Below are positions 32,700 to 42,510 of a stretch of DNA of 64,000 nucleotides, one piece after another. Source of the stretch: Alphaproteobacteria bacterium. Lineage in GTDB: Bacteria; Pseudomonadota; Alphaproteobacteria; Bin95. The notes beneath the pieces are model-generated. The model was given only the letters and a program-made list of their open reading frames with translations. It was not told the origin of the DNA and did no database searches. Each line of letters begins with the position of its first letter. The stretch's first letter is position 1. The DNA lies in assembly GCA_965205265.1 (NCBI GenBank), contig CBDBGH010000003.1, forward strand, positions 3,360,001 through 3,424,000, written 5' to 3'. The position numbers and the translations under genes are program-made.

Positions 32700-34133
32700 C
32701 TATTGCGCCTGTACGAAGTTCCATCGCGCAGACGCGCCGTGTCCCGTGGCTGCTGCCAACCTCAGCTCCCGCAGTCTGGCGAGCGACCGCTTCACCTGAC
32801 GAGCGCTCACCGATTCAGGCAGGCGCGCGCTGATTTCACGAAGCGCCAAGGGATGTCCAGCCTGCCGCAGGAGGTCGAGGACCGTCCGTTGCTGCTCGCT
32901 CAGGTTCTGTATCCGGAGACCGGCCTCAGCGCCAACGGTCGTGCGCCCTCTATCCGAGAGGCGCACATTGTACCGGAAGCGCACTGTAACGCCGCCTCCG
33001 GCATCTTCGATTTCGGGCTGCGGCAAGCCGGCTGCGACCGTCGCCTCCGCCATCCTCAGCGTTCCACGGCCCCAGCGCTCGATGATGCCGCGCCGGTAGA
33101 AGACATCGGCGATCAGCGGGTTCCAGGGGATGGACTCGTGGGGTGCGAACAGCTTGTCGGGCGTCAGCCCGAAATGCAGCGCGCCCGTCGACGTCACCTC
33201 CAGGCGATCATCATAGATCGCCACGCCAACCGAACCGCCGCCGATCGCGTAGTCGCGATGACAGAGCGCGTTTGCCAAGGCTTCGCGCGTCGCCAACGGA
33301 GGAACGAGCGGTTCGTCGATACGCTCCATGCGGCCCTCCTCGATGCGCCCGGCAATGGGCAGACTTTCCCGCAGGTAGCGTTCGGCTGCCCTGAGCAGGG
33401 TAAAGGCGTTGCCGTGAAACTGGCGGTTGTCGAGAAACTCCGTCCTGTCGATGCCCCTGAACCGCGCGACGCGGAGCAGGCATTGCGGCATGTCGAACCC
33501 AACCCGGCCCTCATTGCCGAACAACGCGACCGACGCGCGCCACAGGACTCCGTCCCGGAACAGGCCCAAGCCGCGAAGCAGGTCGCGAACGTCGCGGGTT
33601 CCGGGGTCCTCCAGCCGGCCCCGGCGCACTGCCTCGTCCACGGTGGTGCGGATCTCGTTTGCGTCCAGATCGTCGCCCGACCAGCCTTCGGCGGGCTGGT
33701 TCTCCCAGCGCCGCTCGGCATGCATGCGCTCGAAGAGCAATCGCCGGTACTCGTCGGCGCGCATCTCGACCGTGGTGTTTCCCATCCGCCGGTAGGCGCT
33801 GCCCCGGTACATGTAGGGGCCGGCCTGTCCTCGGCCGACGGTGAGCACGACGACTTCCCGGTCTCCGTCCACCGGTATCCGCTCGATGGCCGGAAAGGCG
33901 GGCGGGTCGATTCTCGCGAGTTCAGCGCTCACCTCTTCGATTGTCCGCTCGCTCACCTGCTGGCCGGTCACCTGCCCGTCCGGTGCGACGCCGAACACCA
34001 CTTGGCCACCCTGCCGGTTGAGCATCGCGCAGATGGTCTGCGCCGCCTCGCGGCGCGTCCCGGTCGTACTCTTGAATTCGAGCGTCTCGGACTCGCCCGC
34101 CGCGACCATCGTCACTATCCGCTCTGCGGTCAT
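32700..34133 (-). CDS. Schlafen/AlbA_2 + HATPase_c_4 + winged-HTH protein
   Basis: ESETLEFK...AMLN..GG.VVFGV; REALANALCHRDY; NPLIADVF..ERWGRG; C-terminal HTH. Confidence 0.88.
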   Translation of the reverse strand: MTAERIVTMVAAGESETLEFKSTTGTRREAAQTICAMLNRQGGQVVFGVAPDGQVTGQQVSERTIEEVSAELARIDPPAFPAIERIPVDGDREVVVLTVGRGQAGPYMYRGSAYRRMGNTTVEMRADEYRRLLFERMHAERRWENQPAEGWSGDDLDANEIRTTVDEAVRRGRLEDPGTRDVRDLLRGLGLFRDGVLWRASVALFGNEGRVGFDMPQCLLRVARFRGIDRTEFLDNRQFHGNAFTLLRAAERYLRESLPIAGRIEEGRMERIDEPLVPPLATREALANALCHRDYAIGGGSVGVAIYDDRLEVTSTGALHFGLTPDKLFAPHESIPWNPLIADVFYRRGIIERWGRGTLRMAEATVAAGLPQPEIEDAGGGVTVRFRYNVRLSDRGRTTVGAEAGLRIQNLSEQQRTVLDLLRQAGHPLALREISARLPESVSARQVKRSLARLRELRLAAATGHGASARWNFVQAQ

Positions 34134-37100
34134 GATCGCTCTCCCTCCGATTGTTCCCCTCTCCCAGCAAACGGACAGGGAAGACTCGCGACGATCGCGA
34201 CGGTCTCCACGCAAACATGGACGATGCGGCGGAATGCGGCGATCAAATCACGCGGCTCGTCAAACCAGCCGTTGGGATCGTTGACGATGCCGCTCTCCTT
34301 GTCGCGCGTAATCCGGTAGCGGTCGATGAGCCATTCCAGCGGCGTGCGCCCGTTGACCTGGTAGCCGTGCGCTTCCGCCGGAATGCCGACGAGGCGGAAA
34401 TAGTCATTGACGACGATGACGGCCCGGGCGCTATCCTCGAACCGCATGGCCCGCGTCCCGATCCGGTAGTGCTTCGGCGTGGGTTCGCCGGGCCCGGCGT
34501 ATTCGAGTTGCAGGGGATATTCCGCGCAGGTCTCATAGGCGAGATGCAACGCCGCCAGCCGCCGGCCGGCATCGGCGAAGGCATGAAAATCCGTCGCGAA
34601 CGGGATGCGCGGCAATTCTTTCGCAAGATCGTTGGCGAAACGCTCCCGATAATCGGGCGCATGAAGGACGCCGTAGATGTAGTCGAAGATCGCATCTTTC
34701 GTAATCGCGTTGTCGGCGTAGCGCACGCGGAAGGCGCGGAGCGCAGCGTCGGTAATGTTGTCGATGCGCTCCGGCAGCGGCTCCATTCCGGGAAGGCTCT
34801 GCTGACCACTCCCGCGCTCATAGCGGTAGCGCGGAAAGCATTGACCGAATGCGACCAGATGAAGGTCCGGCATCGTGTCGACCACAAGCGCGGAGAACGG
34901 CTTGGTCGAGCCGACCCCGGGGACGCATATGGCGCGGTTCTCAGTGCTGTTGGACGGAAAAATGCTGTCCTGCAGATACTTGTTGTTCACCAGTACGTAT
35001 TCAACATAGCAATGCTGTTTAACGAATGGTCGGTATTGTGTTGTCCAGATATTTTCAGGTGACCAAGAAATTTCCTTTTGGCGTCGCAGATTATTTTTCA
35101 GTTCGCGATCCCACCGCACATTTTGAGAATTCTGCTCAACAATGGCATCAAGCTCGTTGGGCTTGCCTGCGCTCTCATTCCATTCTCGCAGCGCATCGCG
35201 ATAATCTTGTACCATCCTCCGGGCATTGCTGGCACAGTCGTTGCGTGAGAAATTATAAGTATAGATGTCGCGACTGGTTTTGTAGCCGTTGCTGAACAGC
35301 CGGAATATTGCGTCGTCAGTCCTGCCCGCCTTCGCATCTTTCGATCCCAGCGGATAGAGCGCGCGGAACGCCTCGTTGCGCTGGCCTATCCAGTCGTGAT
35401 GCCGGTCGGGGGCGATTGCCTCCCAGTTCTCGATGCCAGCGATCGATCCCCACTTGCGCAGCATCGCGAGCTTGTCCTCGCGGGAGAGATAGTCGCCGAT
35501 GTCGCGATAGAGGATACGGCAGCCTTCATGCGCCGCGTCCGGGTTCTTGGCGAGGATCGTGATCGCGACCGGCGCACGTGAGCCTTGGCCGAAGACCTTG
35601 CCGCCTTCCCGGCGTGAACGTTCGCCCTGCGTGCGTTGGTTGCCCCGAAGGTTCACTACATGGATCGAACTGAACTCCTCCGCCAGACAGGCGCGAACGC
35701 CGGAGTCGACATTGCCGTCGATCCAGGAACCGTTGGTCACGAAAGCGACGACGCCCCGGTCGCCGATCCGGTCCGAGGCCCAGCGGATCGCCATCTTGTA
35801 GGTATCGTACAAGCTGTTCTTGAGCGTCGCCGTCGAGCGGGCGGCGTAGGTCTCGGCAACCCGCCGCTCGATCTCGGGATAGTCCACGTTCGGGTTGTCG
35901 TCGGCCGAACTCCGCTGGCCCGTCGACCAGGGCGGGTTGCCGACGATGACCTGTATGGGAAGTTTCTGCTGGCGTTCGGCGCGTTCGCTGTTGTCGGGCA
36001 GCCAGTCCTTCGGGAAGCCCGACCGCCCGGTGTGCAGGTTGAAGGTGTCGGTGAGCACGATGCCGCCGAACGGCTCGTAACTCCTGTCATCGCCAACCCG
36101 GCCGTGGAACGCTTCCTCGATATGGATCGCCGCGATGTAGTAGGCGAGCAGGACGAGTTCGTTGGCGTGAAGCTCCGCCCTGTACTTCCGCCCGAGATCG
36201 ACATCCCGGATCAGCGCCGATTGCAGCAGCCGCACCAGAAAAATGCCGGTGCCCGTGAAGGGATCGAGGACATGAACGCCCTCGTCGCCCAGGCCCCGGC
36301 CGAACTCCGAGCGGACCGCGTGATCGGCGCTCGCCAGGATGAAATCAACGACCTCCACTGGCGTGTAGACGATGCCGAGCCGGTCGGCCTCCTTCTTCAT
36401 CGCGGTCGAAAAGAACTTCTCGTAAAGCTCCATCAGCACGCGCTGGCGCGCGGCCGGGTTGTCGAGGCCCCTCGCTCGAAGCCGTACGCTTTCGTAAAAC
36501 CCTTCCAGGTCGCGGGTTTCGTTCTCCAGTCCGAACTCGCCGAAATCGCGCCGCAGCGCATCCAGTGCTCGGGCCACCGGATTGCCGCCGGCGAAATCGT
36601 AATCCTCGAACAACGCCTCGAACACCGGACGGGTGAGGATGTGCTGCGCCATCATGTCGATTGCACTGCCCGTCGTGATCGACTCGTTGATCGAGACCTT
36701 CAATTCGTCATGGAACGCCTCGAACCATTCCCGCAGCGCTTCGTTCTCCGGGTTGTCGAGCAAGCCCTCGATCCGCACGACAAGGCGCGAGAAGATGTCG
36801 GCAACGTCCTTCGCCCAGCTTTCCCAGTATTTTCGGTCGCCGCATTTCTCGACGATCTTCGCGTAGATTGCGCCCGGCGGCAGGTCCAGCGGCGGGAACG
36901 GCAATTCCGGCGCAGCCGGCGGCGAATCGCCGTTGATTCCGTCTCCGCTGAAGATGATGCGGTTCGTCGGCGTTTCGTTGAGGTCGATCTTGTTGATCTC
37001 GGCATCCAGCCGGTCGTCATGCGAACGAAGCGCCCGCAGGACGCTCCAGACGACTTCGAATTCCCCCGAATCGAGAACTTGCGCCGGATCCCTGCCTGCC

Positions 37101-38893
37101 GGCACGGCGACGGGCAGCACGATATAGCCGTGAGTCTTGCCTTCGGCCTCGGCCTTGCGCATGACGCGGCCCACCGCTTGGACGATATCGACCACGCTCT
37201 TGCGCTCGGTCATGAAGATCACCGCGTCGAGCGCCGGCACGTCGATACCTTCGGAAAGGCAGCGCGCATTGGAGAGGATGCGGCAGGTGTCCCCGGAGGA
37301 CCCTTTCAGCCATTCGATGCGCGCCTTGCGCTCCAGTGCGTTGTTCTGGCCGTCCACATGGCGGGTTTTGCAACGAAGCGCCGTCGCCTTCTCGGCCTCC
37401 GGCAGCCGCCCGATGGCGCTTTCCACGATACCGCCCCAATGCGTCGTCAGGCGCTGCGATGACGCAATGGTGTTTGTGAATGCGATCGCCCGGCGCAAGG
37501 ATTGGGACGGTCCTTCGTCGGGCGACAGGTTCTCCGGGTTCTGCAAGGCCTGCCAGCAGCCGACGATCCGGGCGGCGTCGGACAGGTTTATGTCCCCGCC
37601 CCCGGATGCCAGATGCTCCTGCAATGTCTTTTCCAGATGTTCCTCGGACAGCGCGAGCACCACGACCTTGTAATCGGACAACAGGTCCTGCCCGACGGCG
37701 GTCGAGAACGGCAGGCGGTGGAATTCCGGCCCGTAGGTCGCCCCGTCATCCATCGAGAACACTTCGATGTCGTGGCTCGCGGCCTTGGTCTTCGCCCCGG
37801 CGGTGTAGAGGCGGGGCGTCGCCGTCATGTAGAGGCGTTTGCCGGCCCGGATGCGGCTTGCATCATGCACGAGCACGAATGGGGAGGTCTTGTCGCCGGG
37901 CCGCTCAATGCCCGTGGTCCGGTGCGCCTCGTCGCATAGAACGAGATCGAAGACGGGCGCGCCAGCGTCCTGCGCCCGCTCCACCAGACCGAGCGAATGA
38001 TAGGTGCAGAACACAACGGTCATCGTCCCGGGCGATGGAAGCCGCAACGCCTTGCTTATCGTCGCCGGGTCGGTGGTGACGGGAATCTCCAGTTCCTCAA
38101 GCGAAGCGTCTTCGTCGTTCTTGCCGGCGCGCGTATCGGAGCAGATGCCGACATAGCGGTGTGGCAGGGCGCGTTGCTCCGCCCATTCGCGCATCGACTG
38201 CTGCAACAGCGAAATCGACGGCACGAGATAAAGCGCGCGACCGCCCTCGCCGGCGACGGCCTCCGTTATGCGCAGCGCGGTGAAGGTCTTGCCGGTGCCG
38301 CAGGCCATGACCAGCTTGCCGCGGTCATGGTCTTCAAACCCCGTCAGCACTTCGTCGAACGCCCGCCGCTGGTGCGGGCGCAGCCTGAACGGCTCGTGGC
38401 GTAGCGACAGGTCTTCCGGCTGCCCATGCACAAGGTCCGGCCAGTCGAACGGGCGGCTCGCGAGGTCGCCGAACCGGAGCACGGAGCACGGAGGTCTTAG
38501 CCGGGTGATGGTCTTGAAGGCGTTCGATCCCCACTCGTCCCCGGTATCGACGACGATGCGGGCTGCGAACGGCTCGCGCGCCGAGGCCGCGATGAAGGAG
38601 TCGAGAGCCGCCTTCGAAATCCTCGTGCCCGGCGCATGGCACTTGCACTGGATGGCGCAGAACCCGCCGCCCCGCTCCTCGGCCACGAGATCGACGCCGG
38701 TGTCGCCGCCGTCGAAGTCAGGCCGGGCGGCGGCCCATTCGGGCCACAGCCATACGTGCGAGAACCGGTCCCGGTAAAGCGGATCCTGCTCGAAATACGC
38801 CTTCATCAGCCGCTCGAACAGGCGGCCCTTCTCGGCTTCCGTCCCAGCAATCGACCGGATGTGGTCAAGCACGCGCTGGAAGCCGCCGGTCAT
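34130..38893 (-). CDS. Type ISP restriction-modification enzyme (LlaGI/LlaBIII-like)
   Basis: N-terminal Mrr-like D..IQCK; GTGKT, DEAH, CLSEGIDVP, QAVGRVMRK helicase; DPFTGTG and NPPW methyltransferase; YRPF and C-terminal SGIVNDPN. Confidence 0.95.
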   Translation of the reverse strand: MTGGFQRVLDHIRSIAGTEAEKGRLFERLMKAYFEQDPLYRDRFSHVWLWPEWAAARPDFDGGDTGVDLVAEERGGGFCAIQCKCHAPGTRISKAALDSFIAASAREPFAARIVVDTGDEWGSNAFKTITRLRPPCSVLRFGDLASRPFDWPDLVHGQPEDLSLRHEPFRLRPHQRRAFDEVLTGFEDHDRGKLVMACGTGKTFTALRITEAVAGEGGRALYLVPSISLLQQSMREWAEQRALPHRYVGICSDTRAGKNDEDASLEELEIPVTTDPATISKALRLPSPGTMTVVFCTYHSLGLVERAQDAGAPVFDLVLCDEAHRTTGIERPGDKTSPFVLVHDASRIRAGKRLYMTATPRLYTAGAKTKAASHDIEVFSMDDGATYGPEFHRLPFSTAVGQDLLSDYKVVVLALSEEHLEKTLQEHLASGGGDINLSDAARIVGCWQALQNPENLSPDEGPSQSLRRAIAFTNTIASSQRLTTHWGGIVESAIGRLPEAEKATALRCKTRHVDGQNNALERKARIEWLKGSSGDTCRILSNARCLSEGIDVPALDAVIFMTERKSVVDIVQAVGRVMRKAEAEGKTHGYIVLPVAVPAGRDPAQVLDSGEFEVVWSVLRALRSHDDRLDAEINKIDLNETPTNRIIFSGDGINGDSPPAAPELPFPPLDLPPGAIYAKIVEKCGDRKYWESWAKDVADIFSRLVVRIEGLLDNPENEALREWFEAFHDELKVSINESITTGSAIDMMAQHILTRPVFEALFEDYDFAGGNPVARALDALRRDFGEFGLENETRDLEGFYESVRLRARGLDNPAARQRVLMELYEKFFSTAMKKEADRLGIVYTPVEVVDFILASADHAVRSEFGRGLGDEGVHVLDPFTGTGIFLVRLLQSALIRDVDLGRKYRAELHANELVLLAYYIAAIHIEEAFHGRVGDDRSYEPFGGIVLTDTFNLHTGRSGFPKDWLPDNSERAERQQKLPIQVIVGNPPWSTGQRSSADDNPNVDYPEIERRVAETYAARSTATLKNSLYDTYKMAIRWASDRIGDRGVVAFVTNGSWIDGNVDSGVRACLAEEFSSIHVVNLRGNQRTQGERSRREGGKVFGQGSRAPVAITILAKNPDAAHEGCRILYRDIGDYLSREDKLAMLRKWGSIAGIENWEAIAPDRHHDWIGQRNEAFRALYPLGSKDAKAGRTDDAIFRLFSNGYKTSRDIYTYNFSRNDCASNARRMVQDYRDALREWNESAGKPNELDAIVEQNSQNVRWDRELKNNLRRQKEISWSPENIWTTQYRPFVKQHCYVEYVLVNNKYLQDSIFPSNSTENRAICVPGVGSTKPFSALVVDTMPDLHLVAFGQCFPRYRYERGSGQQSLPGMEPLPERIDNITDAALRAFRVRYADNAITKDAIFDYIYGVLHAPDYRERFANDLAKELPRIPFATDFHAFADAGRRLAALHLAYETCAEYPLQLEYAGPGEPTPKHYRIGTRAMRFEDSARAVIVVNDYFRLVGIPAEAHGYQVNGRTPLEWLIDRYRITRDKESGIVNDPNGWFDEPRDLIAAFRRIVHVCVETVAIVASLPCPFAGRGEQSEGERS

Positions 38894-39057
38894 TCAAGGC
38901 CTCCGTTCACTGGAAAGCCATCAGGGCAATTGCACGACTGGCGCGGCGGCGGTGGCGACCCCCGCCATGCAGGTTGCGGCGCCTTCTGGTTTCGTTTGTG
39001 CGCCGCGGGGCGTATCGATGCGGTGTCCGATACTCGTCGAGATGTGATCGCGCCGCT

Positions 39058-40176
39058 TCAATGCGAACCGGTCCCGGCAAGCTCCCTATCGAGGAGATGT
39101 GCACGCTCCTTCAACTTCTTGCTCCCGACCTTGGTCTCTCGGTCGTTGCGGTCGCCGCGGCGCCAGCGCTCGATCCAGTCTGGATATAGCGTCGAGACGG
39201 CGTGCGCGAATGCTTGGCGTTCTTCAGGATCTGCGAGGCGCTCCTTTTCGAGGCGGATCCGCACCATATCTAGAATCTCGAACTCCGATCGTCCCTCTAC
39301 CTTCAGGCGCCATCGCCCCTCGGGGGTCTCCTGAAGCCGCTCGCGTTCCTGTTCCTCACGGCGTGCGCGTTCCTCGTTTTCCAGCGCCTGGGCCAGGTCG
39401 CGGGTTCGGCCTTCGCAATGGCGAAACCGGCCGTAGCCGACCGCCGTTTTCGCACCGCCGCCGGCCCATTCGAGGGCCTCGCGCAGCCAACCAAAAACGG
39501 CGCCGGCGTCGTCGCCTTGTGCCCCGCGCGGCACGAAGGCGAAGAGAAACGGCGTCGCTTCCGCCGTGGCGAGAAAGGGGATCGGGATCGGGGAGCGCCA
39601 GTCCCCCGGTGGATCCTCAGGAGTCCAACCGGCGTAGTGCGGAGTCATGACATCCGCATCCAGTCGCACCGGGCAGATGGGAACGGCATCCAGGAAGCAG
39701 ACGCCCCCCGCCCGCGCCTGGTCCCGGCATCCGAAGATACGACTCCGCATCTCGGAATCGGGGCGCGGTTCGGCGCCTTGCTCCGTCCACGCCTTGAGCA
39801 ACCCCTTGATCGAACTGCCCGGCAGATACGGCGTTCCCAGAACGGGGTGCCAGGCGAAGCCATTCTCGACCGGATGGCTGCGGCCGAGGCCGGTCACGAA
39901 GCGTGACTCGGTCATAAACACCGCGAAAACGCCGCTGAGCCGCTCGACCATGCGCGCCTGCCGCCGAACATGTTCATCAATCTGTTTCCGGTCGCCGACA
40001 TGCTGCGCCTTGGCGACGGTCTTGATCCAGCGGAGCTTTTCCTCCGCTGGCATGGCCCAGCTATCGTCGTCGTTCTTCCAGGTGTTGCAGAACTTGTCGA
40101 ACCAGAGTCCGGCATGTCCGTCGGCGGAACAGCCGTTCGGTTCCGGACTCGCGGTCTCGTAGAGCGGGCGGCTCAT
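39058..40176 (-). CDS. cmr6: Type III-B RAMP Cmr6 with C-terminal helical extension
   Basis: GTPYLPGSSIKG, FLDAVP, DVMTPHY, PIPIPFL, GGGAKTAVGYG. Confidence 0.93.
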   Translation of the reverse strand: MSRPLYETASPEPNGCSADGHAGLWFDKFCNTWKNDDDSWAMPAEEKLRWIKTVAKAQHVGDRKQIDEHVRRQARMVERLSGVFAVFMTESRFVTGLGRSHPVENGFAWHPVLGTPYLPGSSIKGLLKAWTEQGAEPRPDSEMRSRIFGCRDQARAGGVCFLDAVPICPVRLDADVMTPHYAGWTPEDPPGDWRSPIPIPFLATAEATPFLFAFVPRGAQGDDAGAVFGWLREALEWAGGGAKTAVGYGRFRHCEGRTRDLAQALENEERARREEQERERLQETPEGRWRLKVEGRSEFEILDMVRIRLEKERLADPEERQAFAHAVSTLYPDWIERWRRGDRNDRETKVGSKKLKERAHLLDRELAGTGSH

Positions 40177-40577
40177 CCGCCGTCTCCCTCGCCGGACGGC
40201 AAGGCCGCGCGACAGCATTTCTTGTGCCATTCCAGCCACGCCAAGGCTTCGGCCTGCGCGCGGAGATAGTGCGACTGGTCATTCCCCACGATCGCCGCCA
40301 GCAGATCGCCCGCCGGATAGACACCGCCGTCCCGGCAGAGCCAGTCGTTCAGGCTGTCATGGAGCGCCTTGTGCGCACATTGACGATCATCCTTCGGCTC
40401 TCGACCCGCAGCCGCGCGTTCGGTCGCCAACGCCTGCCCCAGACCGTTCATTACGATGGCGGGGCCGAGGCGGTCCACATAGGCGCGATACAGCTTCTTG
40501 AATTCGCCAGACCTGTCTTCGAGCGCCTTGACCCGTTCGAGCGCGTGGGCCGCGCGCCGCTGTTCGAGCGTCTTCAT
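40173..40577 (-). CDS. cmr5: Type III-B small subunit Cmr5 (Cas11)
   Basis: MKTLEQRRA, LGPAIVMNGLGQALA, EALAWLEW. Confidence 0.92.
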   Translation of the reverse strand: MKTLEQRRAAHALERVKALEDRSGEFKKLYRAYVDRLGPAIVMNGLGQALATERAAAGREPKDDRQCAHKALHDSLNDWLCRDGGVYPAGDLLAAIVGNDQSHYLRAQAEALAWLEWHKKCCRAALPSGEGDGG

Positions 40578-41395
40578 GGCGCGCTCTCTTCGCCGCCACT
40601 ATGGAGAACAACACGCACGGCGAACCGGCCCTGCCCCACTGTCTCGTTGCCGCCAGCTTGTAGATACGGATCGTCGTCCGGGAATAACCCGTTGAGGGCC
40701 GCGCCCGGACCGGTCCCGCCGCGAGCCGCGACCAGGGCGTACATGACCGTATCCGGCGGGAGCGTTTCCTCGTACCAGAGATTCCTGCTTTTCTTGGTGT
40801 CGTCTTCGAGAACGTTACGCGCCTGGATAGCGAGGCCGTAGCGCGCGAACCAGGCGAAATCATCGTCGTGCAGGATCGCAACTTGCGCCGCGAGACGCTC
40901 CCGCGTCTCCTGATGCAGAAGCAGCGGAGCGATGGCGGCCGTGAGACCTTCCGGCAACGGTCCGGAGATGTCGAATTCGCGCTCTTCCAGAAACAGCTTT
41001 CCCTCGCCGGCCGTCAGGACCTTGCCGCAGTCCGTTTTCGGCGTCGCCGTCGTCGCCAGGCCGACGCGACAGAGGTCGCGGCTGAAGCGCTCGATCATGT
41101 GCGGGCAGGTCGCCCAGCGATAGCGGCCGGTCAGGCTGCGTACCGGCAGCAGCAGGAGCCTTCCGTCGGACACCAGCAGGTCGCCCGCCTTGTTGATTTC
41201 GCCGAAATGGCGGGCACCGTCTCCGCCCATCCTCTCGGTCTTGTCGCGCAACGCGCCCTTGAGGCCGGAGCCGACCAGCACCGGATAGTCGGTCGCCGCC
41301 TCGCGGGCGACGGGCAGATCGACGACCCCCGTGCTGCGGCCGCTGCCAGGGTGAACGGGGGTTTCGGCCAAGAGGCCGAGCATGGCTGCCTTCAT
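40574..41395 (-). CDS. cmr4: Type III-B Cmr4 (Cas7 RNase)
   Basis: HPGSG..GVVDLPVARE (catalytic Asp), GSGLKGALR, LWYEETLP, GGNETVGQG. Confidence 0.95.
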   Translation of the reverse strand: MKAAMLGLLAETPVHPGSGRSTGVVDLPVAREAATDYPVLVGSGLKGALRDKTERMGGDGARHFGEINKAGDLLVSDGRLLLLPVRSLTGRYRWATCPHMIERFSRDLCRVGLATTATPKTDCGKVLTAGEGKLFLEEREFDISGPLPEGLTAAIAPLLLHQETRERLAAQVAILHDDDFAWFARYGLAIQARNVLEDDTKKSRNLWYEETLPPDTVMYALVAARGGTGPGAALNGLFPDDDPYLQAGGNETVGQGRFAVRVVLHSGGEESAP

Positions 41396-42510
41396 GTTCC
41401 TGTCTCCCTATCCTTCGGCCAAGCGCCGGCGGCAACGAGGCCGAACCCCCAAGCCGTTCGCTCCCCGATGCGCAGTAGCCCGGCGGCGGCATTCCGCCCG
41501 TCTTCCGGTATTTCGCAGAACAGCACGCTGCCCGGCGCCAGCACGCTGCGGAGCGGCAACGGGCGGCGCGCGAGCGAATTCCAGCCGCCGATGCGCTGCG
41601 GACGATCCAGGCAGGCCGCAACGACCTTTGCGCCGCCCAGCGCGTCGAGCGGGCGTTCGCCGCGAAGGACAGCCTCGTCGAGATCGAGCGGCGACAGGGC
41701 GCCCAGCACCGCCCGTCCGTCCGCTCCGACCGGCGCCGGAAGCGCATCGAGCTCCGCGCCGTCCTGCCATTCCCGGCACTGCGCCAGCCGGCTTTCGCCG
41801 CCCAAGGGAACCAGCCGGTCGACGAGGCCACCGGCCCAGTCCGCAGGCAGACCGGCGATGCGCATGCCGAGGGAAACGCCGCGCCCGGGACGTATCTGGC
41901 GTGTGCTGTAGAGCATGCCTTCCTTCGCGCTGCGGGTCTCGTTGTCACGCTCAAGACCGATGCGTTCTTCGATGGACCACAAGTCCTTGCTCTTGACGAT
42001 CTCGCTTGCCTGCGGAAGCACACCCCGCAAGACGGAGGTCATGCCTTCCAGGGTGAGCCATTCACGGTCGCCTGTCCGAAGCTTCGCACCGGTCCTGCAC
42101 TCTTCGGGAAGGTCGGGAAGGCGAACCTTCTTTCCCAGATCGCACCAGACCTCCTCCCCTAGCCGGAGCAGCACGCACGGCCGCCATCCGTCCGCTTCCC
42201 TGACGCCGAGCAGGTGGCGGGGCGGACGGAACAGCGGCTTCCCGCACCGGAGAAGAAAGGGCCCGTCGAAGCGAAGCCGGCCCAGGTCTTCCGGGCCGTT
42301 GCCGAGAACCTCGTTGAGCGATTCGGGCCACCGGCCGCGGCCGTTCCAGCCTCGCGCCAGCGCCAGCGCCACCCGCAGGGCGCCGACGGGCGTCGCTGGG
42401 TGCGGCGGGAACAGACTTCCCACATCGTCCTGCGGCGTGGCATCGCTTGCGAACGGTGTACCGTCGCGAAAGAACCACGTATCCACTGGTTCGAGGCGGA
42501 CGGCGATCAT
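41392..42510 (-). CDS. cmr3: Type III-B Cmr3 (Cas5)
   Basis: EPVDTWFFRDGTPF, ERIGL, LGGESR, GSVLF, GFG. Confidence 0.93.
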   Translation of the reverse strand: MIAVRLEPVDTWFFRDGTPFASDATPQDDVGSLFPPHPATPVGALRVALALARGWNGRGRWPESLNEVLGNGPEDLGRLRFDGPFLLRCGKPLFRPPRHLLGVREADGWRPCVLLRLGEEVWCDLGKKVRLPDLPEECRTGAKLRTGDREWLTLEGMTSVLRGVLPQASEIVKSKDLWSIEERIGLERDNETRSAKEGMLYSTRQIRPGRGVSLGMRIAGLPADWAGGLVDRLVPLGGESRLAQCREWQDGAELDALPAPVGADGRAVLGALSPLDLDEAVLRGERPLDALGGAKVVAACLDRPQRIGGWNSLARRPLPLRSVLAPGSVLFCEIPEDGRNAAAGLLRIGERTAWGFGLVAAGAWPKDRETGT

